The notes: generated by a model not told the origin, from the sequence alone. Positions 8,179 through 16,933 are shown, counted from the first letter of the stretch. The stretch is DNA of 47,366 nt from a virus (IMGVR_UViG_2630968533_000004), one strand, 5' to 3'. Translations and numbers: made by a program.

Positions 8179-8580
8179 GTGGCAAAAGTTTTTACACAAG
8201 AAGAGCGGGAAAAAATTAAAGGGCAGGTGGTGGAACTCGTGCGCCAGAGCGGTCGTGAGACGTTACGGCAACTGGAAGCTAAAACAGGTGCGACTAGATA
8301 TCTGATGAGCGTTCTTGCCAGAGAGCTGGTAGCCAGTGGCGATGTATACAACTCCGGCTACGGGTTATTCCCGTCTGAACAGGCGCGTAAGGACTGGCAA
8401 AACGCCCGCAAAAAACTATCGAGGGCAAAGGTGAAGAAAACAGCTGTGGTTGATCCGGACCTTATCTGGTCGTTACCTGATGGAGAAATACGTCGCTACG
8501 ACAGTCGCCTAAACATAATCTGTCGCGAGTGCCGGATGAGTGAAGTTATGCAGCGCATACTGGCATTTTATCAGGGATAA
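8179..8580 (+). CDS. Hypothetical protein
   Basis: 133-aa ORF with GTG start preceded by AAGGGGGA RBS; basic; function unknown. Confidence 0.5.
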   Translation: MAKVFTQEEREKIKGQVVELVRQSGRETLRQLEAKTGATRYLMSVLARELVASGDVYNSGYGLFPSEQARKDWQNARKKLSRAKVKKTAVVDPDLIWSLPDGEIRRYDSRLNIICRECRMSEVMQRILAFYQG

Positions 8581-8779
8581 TGTTAGGTATTTTAGACGTT
8601 ACTAGATTAAAAAGCATTAGTTCAGGAGTGAATTGACATTCTCATTTTTCATGGCACAGGGTAGATCTGGCGTGGTTGTCCGCTTTGTGCCAGAAGCGGA
8701 CGTTACAATACAATCACTATGCTAATGCGCATTGATATGTGATATAACAATAATCAACCGTTCAAAAAGGAGCATTTAT

Positions 8780-9802
8780 ATGAGCAGGATGATAATTGAT
8801 ACAAATATTCTTTACTCACTAGTTGGTCTGTCGACAAACCAAAAAATAATTAACTCCCCTATAGATCAATTCAAATTATCCATTACGACACCATCACTCA
8901 TAGAAGTGATCTCTAAATATTGCAATGACTTAGGGGCTGTAAAAAAATGCATTAGCCCAATCATAAACGGAAATATTGAACTAATTAGCATTGGTCATAC
9001 TCCAATCTCAAATGAATTTCTTTATAGGTTGCATTTTTCAGACAAAATAGACGAAGTAAAAGATATTATTGATAATGTTAGAGCACTAAAAATATCTAGA
9101 GAGGCTGAGTTTTATAGGTTCATACTCATACTGGTTGTCTCTGGTTTGTTTGAGGTTATTAGAGAAGATGGATACAAGTTTGATAACGATGTACAAAATC
9201 AAAGTCAACTTAGTCTTGTGCAGACTCTACTTGAATCTAATATGGAATTAATTTTAGACTTCTTTAAAGATGAGTTGCGGAATGGATATATTAATGGAAA
9301 TGAGCAGCAATCAGCTTTGAAAGCTTTTGAAACCATGCTTATCGGACTCCTACATGCTTTTCATGTCAACTATCATATGATTAAAACTGACACAGTTAAC
9401 ATTTCCGGAAGCCAAGACAGACTCAAAAATCTGTATGATAGTATAAAAAATGATAATTTTGATAAAAAGTTTAAAAAATATATGGAGAATCCAATATCCC
9501 TTGCCTGCAAAAAAAAACACGAATCAGTAGTTGATAACTACCTGAAAGAAATGGAGGAGGGGATTTCTGGCGCTCGTGGGCTTACTAAGAATTCGTTGAG
9601 CTTTCTAATGAGCAAGGTTGAGGATGCATATAAAAATGGTCGTAAATTACGAAAAAATGACATATTTGACTTTCTAATAGTTATTTCTCTAAATATGCCA
9701 GACACTTTGATTTTAACACTTGATAAAGGTTTTTTAAAAGACCTTAAAGATCTTCACCCTAACAGCTATAAAAAGTGTCTGGATTTCGGTTTTGTAAATT
9801 AA
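8780..9802 (+). CDS. AT-rich cargo protein, candidate PIN-like nuclease fold (possible defence / abortive-infection gene)
   Basis: 340 aa from ATG at 8780 with AAGGAG RBS; N-terminus MSRMIIDTNILYSLVG resembles the start of PIN domains (catalytic Asp in DTN), C-terminus DTLILTLDKGF resembles a PIN C-terminal strand; K/N/I-rich composition, visibly lower GC than flanking phage genes. Confidence 0.65.
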   Translation: MSRMIIDTNILYSLVGLSTNQKIINSPIDQFKLSITTPSLIEVISKYCNDLGAVKKCISPIINGNIELISIGHTPISNEFLYRLHFSDKIDEVKDIIDNVRALKISREAEFYRFILILVVSGLFEVIREDGYKFDNDVQNQSQLSLVQTLLESNMELILDFFKDELRNGYINGNEQQSALKAFETMLIGLLHAFHVNYHMIKTDTVNISGSQDRLKNLYDSIKNDNFDKKFKKYMENPISLACKKKHESVVDNYLKEMEEGISGARGLTKNSLSFLMSKVEDAYKNGRKLRKNDIFDFLIVISLNMPDTLILTLDKGFLKDLKDLHPNSYKKCLDFGFVN

Positions 9803-10873
9803 AAATATATTGATGTAAAATAAAACGCACCCACATTTAACTTAGCTAGACTATATCCTTCAATTATTCTATCTGCTTTTTGTTAAATGTGGGGTTGCAG
9901 ATGTTACGAGTCAATTAAATTTGCAAGTCAGGTAGAATTGATAAGAATTGCAATACGAATCCGTGAACATTAATGCTAACGCTAAGTATACGAAAGATAT
10001 TGTAAATATACTTCTTTTTTTGTTTTTAAGTTCTTTTATTTGACAGTAGTTCCATCATTCAATTGCGTATTATCTTCCAATGCCAGTGACACTCCCTCAT
10101 TATGAGAGGATTGTGGTAATCAAAAGAAAAATTAATATCACGCCAAGAATATTCGAAACCAACCCTATGGTGTTAAGTCCTGGTGATGTCATTTAGTTTG
10201 CTCTAGGTTTATTATTCAGAAAGCAAAGAATATTCGTTAAATTATTATGTTAGCTTTAATTATTAAAAAACATGTTAATTATCATCAAATGAGCACTTAT
10301 CATCATTTTAGTCAAAGAGGTAGTGAGTATTCATTCTGGATCATAACTGCCTTCCTGTTTACGCTAGTGTTTTTTAAAGTCGATGTCCGCTCATCGCTCA
10401 AAGCGGACTAGAAGGTTAGCTTGTGTCGGACTTTGCGTATTAAATGACTAGTGGTTGAGCCCCATTTCCACAGAAAAAATCAGAGAAACTATACCCAATA
10501 GTTGTATTGAATCACTGACGAGACAGCCTCATATTCATCAGGACTGGTGTACGTCCAATACAGGAGGTTGTGGTGCTGGTTCTCAAATGTGCGCTGGCTA
10601 TTACGGCTGTAATGGCGATTTATTGTCTTGCTATTGTTCTTATGGATCGCCTTTCTGACTGATTTCACATTGGCGAGGTAACGGTAGTTAAGTAGAATGG
10701 CTGCGGGTGCTTGAGGCTATCTGCCTCGGGCATGAACACCAACGGCAGATAGAGAAAAGCCCCAGTTAACATTACGCGTCCTGCAAGACGCTTAACATTA
10801 ATCTGAGGCCAATTTCATGCTAGACACATGTAGGTTAGCCTCTTACGTGCCGAAAGGCAAGGAGAAGCAGGCT

Positions 10874-11029
10874 ATGAAGCAGCAAAAGGCGATGTTAATC
10901 GCCCTGATCGTCATCTGTTTAACCGTCATAGTGACGGCACTGGTAACGAGGAAAGACCTCTGCGAGGTACGAATCCGAACCGGGCAGACGGAGGTCGCTG
11001 TCTTCACAGCTTACGAACCTGAGGAGTAA
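10874..11029 (+). CDS. hokD: Hok/Gef-family type I toxin
   Basis: 51 aa MKQQKAMLIALIVICLTVIVTALVTRKDLCEVRIRTGQTEVAVFTAYEPEE matches recalled HokD/RelF; ORF extends upstream in-frame (10817). Confidence 0.85.
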   Translation: MKQQKAMLIALIVICLTVIVTALVTRKDLCEVRIRTGQTEVAVFTAYEPEE

Positions 11030-11097
11030 GAGACCCGGCGAGGGAGAAATCCCTCGCCACCTCTGATGTGGCAGGCATCCTCAACGCACCCGCACTT

Positions 11098-11122
11098 AAC
11101 CCGCTTCGGCGGGTTTTTGTTT
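11098..11122 (+). terminator. Rho-independent terminator after hok
   Basis: CCGCTTCGGCGG hairpin followed by GTTTTTGTTTTTATTTT. Confidence 0.6.
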
Positions 11123-11245
11123 TTATTTTCAACGCGTTTGAAGTTCTGGACGGTGCCGGAATAGAATCAAAAATACTTAAGTAGCGCGCAGGGATAAGAG
11201 GGATGGTCCCTTAAAGGGGAGAGCTAATTATCCGGAAGGATTCTG

Positions 11246-11497
11246 ATGATGAACATCGAAGAACTGCGTAAAATTTTTTGTGAAGATGGCCTCTATGCGG
11301 TGTGCGTTGAAAATGGAAATCTTGTTAGTCATTACCGCATTATGTGTTTGCGAAAGAATGGGGCTGCGTTAATTAATTTTGTGGATGGTCGAGTGACAGA
11401 CGGATTTATCTTGCGCGAAGGTGAGTTTGTCACTTCATTACAGGCACTGAAAGAGATCGGAATAAAAGCAGGCTTTTCAGCTTTTGCAGAAGAATAA
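11246..11497 (+). CDS. rem: Rem-like small protein
   Basis: 83-aa MMNIEELRKIFCEDGLYAVCVENGN...; size and position after hok as in Qin. Confidence 0.55.
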   Translation: MMNIEELRKIFCEDGLYAVCVENGNLVSHYRIMCLRKNGAALINFVDGRVTDGFILREGEFVTSLQALKEIGIKAGFSAFAEE

Positions 11498-11563
11498 ACT
11501 CATCTACAATCTTGCGCGGGGCTGAACTCCCGCTGAGTAACACCGTGCCACCGGAGAAAACCG

Positions 11564-11842
11564 ATGGCACGCAACGTAAAATATTACAATTCTGATAATT
11601 CGCCCGTTCTTGCCTGCACGCACGAGCGGTATTCTCACGCATTCAAGTCTGAATGGTTCCAACACCCTCCATGCACTGAAGAGCAGGCTGAATGGATAAT
11701 TCAGTGTTACCGCAGGCGCGGATACGAGGTTAAGAAAGCCCTTAGTCTCGACTACCGTCACTGGATAATCTCAGTCAGATTGCCTTACTCCGAACGCCCA
11801 CCACGTGCGTCCCGCACTTTCCAGCAACGGATCTGGAGGTAA
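11564..11842 (+). CDS. Hypothetical protein
   Basis: 92-aa ORF, Cys/His/Trp-rich; overlaps the 5' end of the next ORF. Confidence 0.4.
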   Translation: MARNVKYYNSDNSPVLACTHERYSHAFKSEWFQHPPCTEEQAEWIIQCYRRRGYEVKKALSLDYRHWIISVRLPYSERPPRASRTFQQRIWR

Positions 11843-12893
11843 CGTGCGGGTATTACTTAGACCTGTTCTGGTGCCTGAGCTTGGGCTGGTGGTCCTTAAG
11901 CCGGGCCGTGAATCCATACAGATATTTCATAATCCTCGAGTGCTGGTGGAACCGGAACCAAAAAGCATGCGTAATCTGCCATCCGGAGTCGTTCCTGCCG
12001 TTGGCCAGCCGCTGGCGGAAGACAAAACATTGCTGCCGTTTTTTAGTAACGAACGGGTGATTCGTGCTGCTGGCGGCGTTGGCGCATTGTCTGACTGGCT
12101 ATTACGTCATGTTACATCCTGCCAGTGGCCTAATGGAGATTACCATCACACTGAAACAGTCATTCACCGTTATGGTACCGGCGCAATGGTGTTGTGTTGG
12201 CACTGCGACAACCAACTGCGTGACCAGACATCGGAATCACTGGAGCTGCTTGCTCAACAAAATCTGACAGCATGGGTGATTGACGTCATCCGTCACGCAA
12301 TAAGCGGTACGCAGGAGCGGGAATTATCTTTGGCTGAATTATCCTGGTGGGCGGTCTGCAATCAGGTGGTGGATGCACTACCTGAGGCTGTATCGCGTCG
12401 TTCGCTGGGATTACCAGCGGAAAAAATCTGCTCGGTGTACCGCGAAAGCGACATCGTACCGGGAGAGCAGACCGCCACCAGCATACTGAAACAGCGCACA
12501 AAAAATCTTGCGCCGCTGCCTCACGCCCACCAGCAACAGAACCCACCACAGGAAAAGACGGTGGTCAGCATTGCCGTTGATCCTGAGTCTCCGGAATCTT
12601 TCATGAAACGACCTAAACGTCGCCGCTGGGTTAACGAGAAATACAAACGCTGGGTGAAGACACAGCCGTGTGCGTGTTGTGGTAAGCCAGCCGACGATCC
12701 CCATCACCTGATTGGTCATGGTCAGGGCGGAATGGGGACAAAATCTCACGATATTTTCACGCTACCGCTGTGTCGGGAGCATCACAACGAGCTTCATGCG
12801 GATCCTCTGGCGTTCGAAGAAAAGCATGGTTCTCAGGTTGATTTAATTTTTCGTTTTCTTGATCACGCCTTTGCAACTGGCGTGCTTGGGTAA
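11805..12893 (+). CDS. DUF968-like protein with HNH-type motif
   Basis: C-terminus CACCGKPADDPHHLIGHGQGGMGTKSHDIFTLPLCREHHNELH; GTG start at 11805, an alternative ATG at 11967 would remove the overlap with the upstream ORF. Confidence 0.65.
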   Translation: MRPALSSNGSGGNVRVLLRPVLVPELGLVVLKPGRESIQIFHNPRVLVEPEPKSMRNLPSGVVPAVGQPLAEDKTLLPFFSNERVIRAAGGVGALSDWLLRHVTSCQWPNGDYHHTETVIHRYGTGAMVLCWHCDNQLRDQTSESLELLAQQNLTAWVIDVIRHAISGTQERELSLAELSWWAVCNQVVDALPEAVSRRSLGLPAEKICSVYRESDIVPGEQTATSILKQRTKNLAPLPHAHQQQNPPQEKTVVSIAVDPESPESFMKRPKRRRWVNEKYKRWVKTQPCACCGKPADDPHHLIGHGQGGMGTKSHDIFTLPLCREHHNELHADPLAFEEKHGSQVDLIFRFLDHAFATGVLG

Positions 12894-12905
12894 AAGAGGT
12901 GACTG

Positions 12906-13262
12906 ATGCTCATAGATTTGGTTTTACCTTACCCGCCGACGGTGAACACTTACTGGCGACGCCGTGGCAGCACATATTTTATCTCGGAGGAGGGAAAGCG
13001 TTATCGCCGGGCTGTGGCGCTTATTGTTCGCCAGCAGCGGCTGAAATTAAGCCTGTCCGGAAGGCTGGCGATAAAGGTGATTGCAGAGCCACCGGATAAG
13101 CGTCGTCGCGACCTGGACAATATCCTGAAAGCACCGCTGGATGCGCTGACGCATGCGGGAGTGTTAATGGACGATGAGCAGTTTGATGAAATCAATATCG
13201 TTCGTGGTCAGCCAGTATCTGGCGGACGTCTGGGGGTGAAGATTTACCCCATAATGCATTAA
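12906..13262 (+). CDS. rusA: RusA-family Holliday junction resolvase
   Basis: 118 aa; PDKRRRDLDNILKAPLDALTHAGVLMDDEQ matches the RusA catalytic region; AAGAGG RBS. Confidence 0.85.
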   Translation: MLIDLVLPYPPTVNTYWRRRGSTYFISEEGKRYRRAVALIVRQQRLKLSLSGRLAIKVIAEPPDKRRRDLDNILKAPLDALTHAGVLMDDEQFDEINIVRGQPVSGGRLGVKIYPIMH

Positions 13263-13276
13263 GAGCAGGTCAAAAA

Positions 13277-14098
13277 ATGAAACTGGAAGATTTACCGAAA
13301 TACTACTCCCCAAAATCCCCTGGCCTGACCGATGCATCGGCCTCAACGTCAAAAGATGCGCTGAGTATCACTGATGTGATGGCCGCGCAGGGCATGACAC
13401 AGAATCGGGCTGAGATGGGTTTTTCTGCGTTCCTGGGGAAAATGGGCATCAGTATGAATGACAGGGCGCGGGCAACAGAATTACTGGCAGATTATGCACT
13501 CAGTCGGTGCGATCGTGTGGCGGCGTTGAGAAAACTTCCGGCAGAAATAAAACCGGTAGTGATGCGCATTATGGCTTCGTACGCTTTTGAGGATTATGCC
13601 CGCAGCGCAGCGAGTAAAAAGCAGTGCCCTTGTTGCTATGGGGAAAAATTTATTGAAAGCATAGTTTTTACAAACAAGGTCCAGTATCCGGATGGTAAGC
13701 CGCCGGTATGGGCAAAGTGTACGAAAGGTGTGTATCCGTCTTACTGGGAAGAATGGAAAAAAGTCAGGGAGGTGGTAAAAGTTGCCTGTCCGGAGTGTGG
13801 CGGAAAGGGTGAGGTTTCCACCGCCTGTAAGGATTGCCGTGGGCGTGGTGTCGCCATTCATCGTGAAGAGTCGGTAAAACGTGGTATGCCTGTTGTCAGA
13901 GACTGCCAGCGTTGTGGTGGTCGTGGCTATGAAAGACTACCATCAACGGAGGCATTTAATGCTATATGCGAGGTGACAAACCAGATAACACGCGCGTCAT
14001 GGGAAAAAACAGTTAAGAAATTCTATGATGCGCTGGTGACCCGGTTTGATATTGAAGAAGCATGGGCTGAGCGGCAGTTAAAAAAGGTAACTAGGTAA
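13277..14098 (+). CDS. Late-gene antiterminator Q
   Basis: 273 aa with Cys-rich zinc-binding segments (CPCCYG, CPECGGKGEVSTACKDCRGRG, CQRCGGRG); immediately upstream of pR'-like promoter, terminator and tRNAs. Confidence 0.8.
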   Translation: MKLEDLPKYYSPKSPGLTDASASTSKDALSITDVMAAQGMTQNRAEMGFSAFLGKMGISMNDRARATELLADYALSRCDRVAALRKLPAEIKPVVMRIMASYAFEDYARSAASKKQCPCCYGEKFIESIVFTNKVQYPDGKPPVWAKCTKGVYPSYWEEWKKVREVVKVACPECGGKGEVSTACKDCRGRGVAIHREESVKRGMPVVRDCQRCGGRGYERLPSTEAFNAICEVTNQITRASWEKTVKKFYDALVTRFDIEEAWAERQLKKVTR

Positions 14099-14103
14099 CA
14101 AGG

Positions 14104-14131
14104 TTGATTTTTCCGGAATCTGTGGTAAATT
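14104..14131 (+). promoter_or_regulatory. Late promoter pR'-like (TTGATT - 16 bp - TAAATT)
   Basis: -35/-10 hexamers read directly, just downstream of Q stop; resembles lambda pR' TTGACT/TAAATT. Confidence 0.55.
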
Positions 14132-14178
14132 CGTCATAATGATGGGCTTTTTATGCCTGACGTTAGAAGAGTTTCTAC

Positions 14179-14203
14179 AACCCGCCGCCGAGCGGGTTTT
14201 TTA
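14179..14203 (+). terminator. tR'-like rho-independent terminator
   Basis: AACCCGCCGCCGAGCGGGTTTTTTATT hairpin plus U-tract about 50 nt after the promoter. Confidence 0.6.
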
Positions 14204-14241
14204 TTGCGGAATTAATTACGGACCGTTATTATTCTGCTCCC

Positions 14242-14317
14242 GGCCCTTTAGCTCAGTGGTGAGAGCGAGCGACTCATAATCGCCAGGTCGCTGGTTCAAA
14301 TCCAGCAAGGGCCACCA
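14242..14317 (+). tRNA. tRNA-Ile2 (anticodon CAU, lysidine type) or Met
   Basis: 76-nt cloverleaf folded by hand: acceptor GGCCCTT/AAGGGCC, D-stem GCTC/GAGC, anticodon loop CTCATAA, T-arm GCTGG-TTCAAAT-CCAGC, CCA end; close to recalled E. coli ileX. Confidence 0.85.
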
Positions 14318-14417
14318 TCACAAACCGCCATTAGCTTATCAGGAAGAGCAGACGACACGATAACAGGGTTGTTGGTGCGGGGGCGGGTCCCCGATGGCGG
14401 TCCATTATCGGTATTCA

Positions 14418-14494
14418 GCGTTGTTAGCTCAGCCGGACAGAGCAATTGCCTTCTAAGCAATCGGTCACTGGTTCGAATCCAGTACAGCGCGCCA
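14418..14494 (+). tRNA. tRNA-Arg (anticodon UCU)
   Basis: Acceptor GCGTTGT/ACAGCGC, anticodon stem ATTGC/GCAAT with loop CTTCTAA, T-loop GGTTCGAATCC, CCA end. Confidence 0.85.
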
Positions 14495-14604
14495 TATTCA
14501 TTCTTCCAGATTCCTTCCGGCAGAGCCTTATACTGGAATATACCTGGCTCAGGATATTGTTGAAAACATAATATGTTTGTCAAAAATAAAAGTTCTGTTA
14601 AGTA

Positions 14605-14958
14605 TTGATTGAGTGTTTGTTATACGGTCTAATGGTTTTTTCAGCATTAAATATTTATCATTCATATGGTGTGGGTAGAGTGAATATTGATGAGGCGTCG
14701 GGGTGTTTCATCCTTAGGCAGCGTATTGATATAGTCAATGCAGCACGAGCAAAGGCCTTCAGCCGTTTGACAGTTTTGTTCTGTGCTCCTGATCGTCTTT
14801 CGGGAAGAGACGTTATTATTCTGAATAGTGATGCTATACAGAGGGTTTGCGATGAGTTCATGGTTGCTAATTCAGAATTATTTGCTCTTGTTCAGGAGTA
14901 CAACAGAATAGCCAGGACCTGTGGTATGGATGAACTTCGGATTACTCATCTGGGGTAG
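14605..14958 (+). CDS. Hypothetical protein in late-operon moron slot
   Basis: 117-aa ORF between tRNAs and lysis genes; start uncertain (TTG at 14605, ATG at 14632). Confidence 0.4.
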   Translation: MIECLLYGLMVFSALNIYHSYGVGRVNIDEASGCFILRQRIDIVNAARAKAFSRLTVLFCAPDRLSGRDVIILNSDAIQRVCDEFMVANSELFALVQEYNRIARTCGMDELRITHLG

Positions 14959-15491
14959 ATACATATCTGGATTATCACCTGTTACGGTAAAAAGTGATTG
15001 CTTACTGTTTTTGTGAATGGCATTGCAGCAGCCGGATAATGTCAGTGCTGGCTGACGGTGTGCTGGTGGCGGGTGTGGTGGTTGTTGCTTTCCCGTTGCT
15101 GAAAAAGAAAACGCCAGACTGTTAGCCGGGTATCAGTTAGCGGGAGAAATTTTTAAATACTTCACAATTCAGGCGGTTGACTGTTCTCTGGTTTGCGGGG
15201 AGTTTGTTAAAAGAAACTGGCATGGTGAATCCCCCTGTGCGGAGGGGCAATCAGCGAGTAGGTATATGGGATAATCGCGGATTCAGGTGCTGGTACTGAA
15301 TTCACCGGGAGGCACCCGGCACCATGCACTTCAATAGATTCTCTCCACATTATGGATATTCTTTCAGAATATCCCACGCAGACTTTGTGTAAATGTTAAC
15401 AAATGTGCGTTTTATTTGATCTGATTCGCTGTTTGAGCGTCCAAAACAACGGTATATATAATCCTTTACTATATGACATATGTGAGGAAAA

Positions 15492-15920
15492 ATGGGTTTT
15501 CGTAGCGCATCAATTCTTACGTTGATTATTAGTGGGATTATTATCGGGTGCACTGATGCTGTATCGACAAATTATCATGACCGTACATCATATTACTCCG
15601 ATAAAGCAATAGAGACACAGTATGTGAGTTCATCTGAACGTACTTCTGATGTTAGTGAGGATATCCGTCTGTATGCCCATCAAATCAAGAGCGCCATCGA
15701 AAAACAGTTCGGGGATGCGAGTAAGTATTCAGGAAAAGAGTGTACACTGAGAATGCATATGGCCCCGAATGGCCTTCTACTGGAGGTTAAAAGAGAAAGT
15801 GGAGACCTCGATTTATGTCGTGAAGCGATGAATGCGATAAAGAATGTTGATATACCTGCCCCCCCTTCGCCGGAAGTATATAAAGTATTTCAAAATGGGG
15901 TGCTGGATTTTAAACCCTGA
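15492..15920 (+). CDS. Lipoprotein with TolA C-terminal (domain III)-like domain
   Basis: Signal peptide with lipobox LIISGIIIGC; C-terminus YAHQIKSAIEKQFGDASKYSGKECTLRMHMAPNGLLLEVKRESGDLDLCREAMNAIKNVDIPAPPSPEVYKVFQNGVLDFKP aligns by eye with recalled E. coli TolA C-terminus (...GKTCTLRIKLAPDGMLLDIKPEGGDPALCQAALAAAKLAKIPKPPSQAVYEVFKNAPLDFKP). Confidence 0.8.
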   Translation: MGFRSASILTLIISGIIIGCTDAVSTNYHDRTSYYSDKAIETQYVSSSERTSDVSEDIRLYAHQIKSAIEKQFGDASKYSGKECTLRMHMAPNGLLLEVKRESGDLDLCREAMNAIKNVDIPAPPSPEVYKVFQNGVLDFKP

Positions 15921-16070
15921 TATTTATTGTTTTGTAATAAACGGTTTCGGCTTAGGTTTGTTCTGACACAACTACGGCACTGAGCTAAATTTAGCGGATA
16001 GTCAGCTCTGAGCCAGTGGCGGACGTAACAACTACTATTGCTGAGATTTTAATGGATTGAGGAGCAAGAA

Positions 16071-16466
16071 GTGGGATTAAAGAAAATCGTTATGTTGACT
16101 TTTTGGGTCGGTTTTGTTGCGGGATGCACACCTTTACACCCTTCAGATTGCCACAAAACTACTGCTACAGGTAGTTGCAGTTCAGGACGCTGGGATGATC
16201 AGGATGAATGGGGGGCGCAAGCGCGGGGAATCAGAGCTGCAATTAATGCCAAACTTGATGAGCCGCATAACTGGAAAGGGAAAAAATGCAGGTTGCATAT
16301 GGAATTCTCTCAGGATGGCACGGCGTTAAAAATATCTACCAGTAACGGTGATAAAGCCTATTGCGAAGCGATAAAGTCCGCAGCTCATAAAGCCAAATTT
16401 CCGGCCTTCAACAATCCGGAAGTCTACAGAGATTTTCAGAAATCTGGCTTTGACATGCGAGGTTAG
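16071..16466 (+). CDS. Second lipoprotein, divergent TolA-III-like paralogue
   Basis: Signal peptide with lipobox FVAGC; C-terminus GKKCRLHMEFSQDGTALKISTSNGDKAYCEAIKSAAHKAKFPAFNNPEVYRDFQ shares the Cys...Cys and PxVY pattern of the upstream gene. Confidence 0.7.
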   Translation: MGLKKIVMLTFWVGFVAGCTPLHPSDCHKTTATGSCSSGRWDDQDEWGAQARGIRAAINAKLDEPHNWKGKKCRLHMEFSQDGTALKISTSNGDKAYCEAIKSAAHKAKFPAFNNPEVYRDFQKSGFDMRG

Positions 16467-16717
16467 CTCTTCAATTACTATATCTCATTCATAGCAAACT
16501 GACAGATTTGATGATGTTCTATATACGAAACCTGTGATGTCAAGTCTGAGCTAATACAAATAAACATAATATCAGAGAAATACATTTTATTAGCTCGCTA
16601 CGGCGAGCTTTTTATATTGCATCGTCTCCAGCATATATATCAATTAAGGCTCTGATTGATGTGTCTGGAAGCCTACACATAATAACTATGCCATCCGTTC
16701 CGTGCGGAGGTGAGGCT

Positions 16718-16933
16718 ATGAAATCCATGGACAAAATTTCAACAGGCATTGCCTACGGCACCTCCGCAGGCAGTGCTGGCTACTGGTTTTTACAGCTGCT
16801 CGATAAAGTCACGCCCTCACAGTGGGCAGCAATAGGTGTGCTGGGTAGCCTGGTATTTGGCCTGCTGACGTACCTGACAAATCTTTATTTCAAGATTAAA
16901 GAAGACAGGCGTAAGGCTGCGAGAGGAGAGTAA
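16718..16933 (+). CDS. Holin, phage-21 S21-type (pinholin)
   Basis: 71 aa [31 protein letters not shown]...[15 protein letters not shown]; dual-start MKSM motif; near-identical to recalled S21/EssQ. Confidence 0.85.
   Translation: MKSMDKISTGIAYGTSAGSAGYWFLQLLDKVTPSQWAAIGVLGSLVFGLLTYLTNLYFKIKEDRRKAARGE

Noticed and set aside
10455-10658. 67-aa Cys/Gly-rich ORF upstream of hok
   Set aside because: Falls in the expected hok leader/sok region, no convincing RBS, odd composition; more likely non-coding regulatory RNA sequence
14296-14583. 95-aa minus-strand ORF and 64-aa plus-strand ORF (14369..14563) overlapping the tRNA region
   Set aside because: They coincide with two well-formed tRNA cloverleaves; ORFs spanning tRNA genes are almost always spurious
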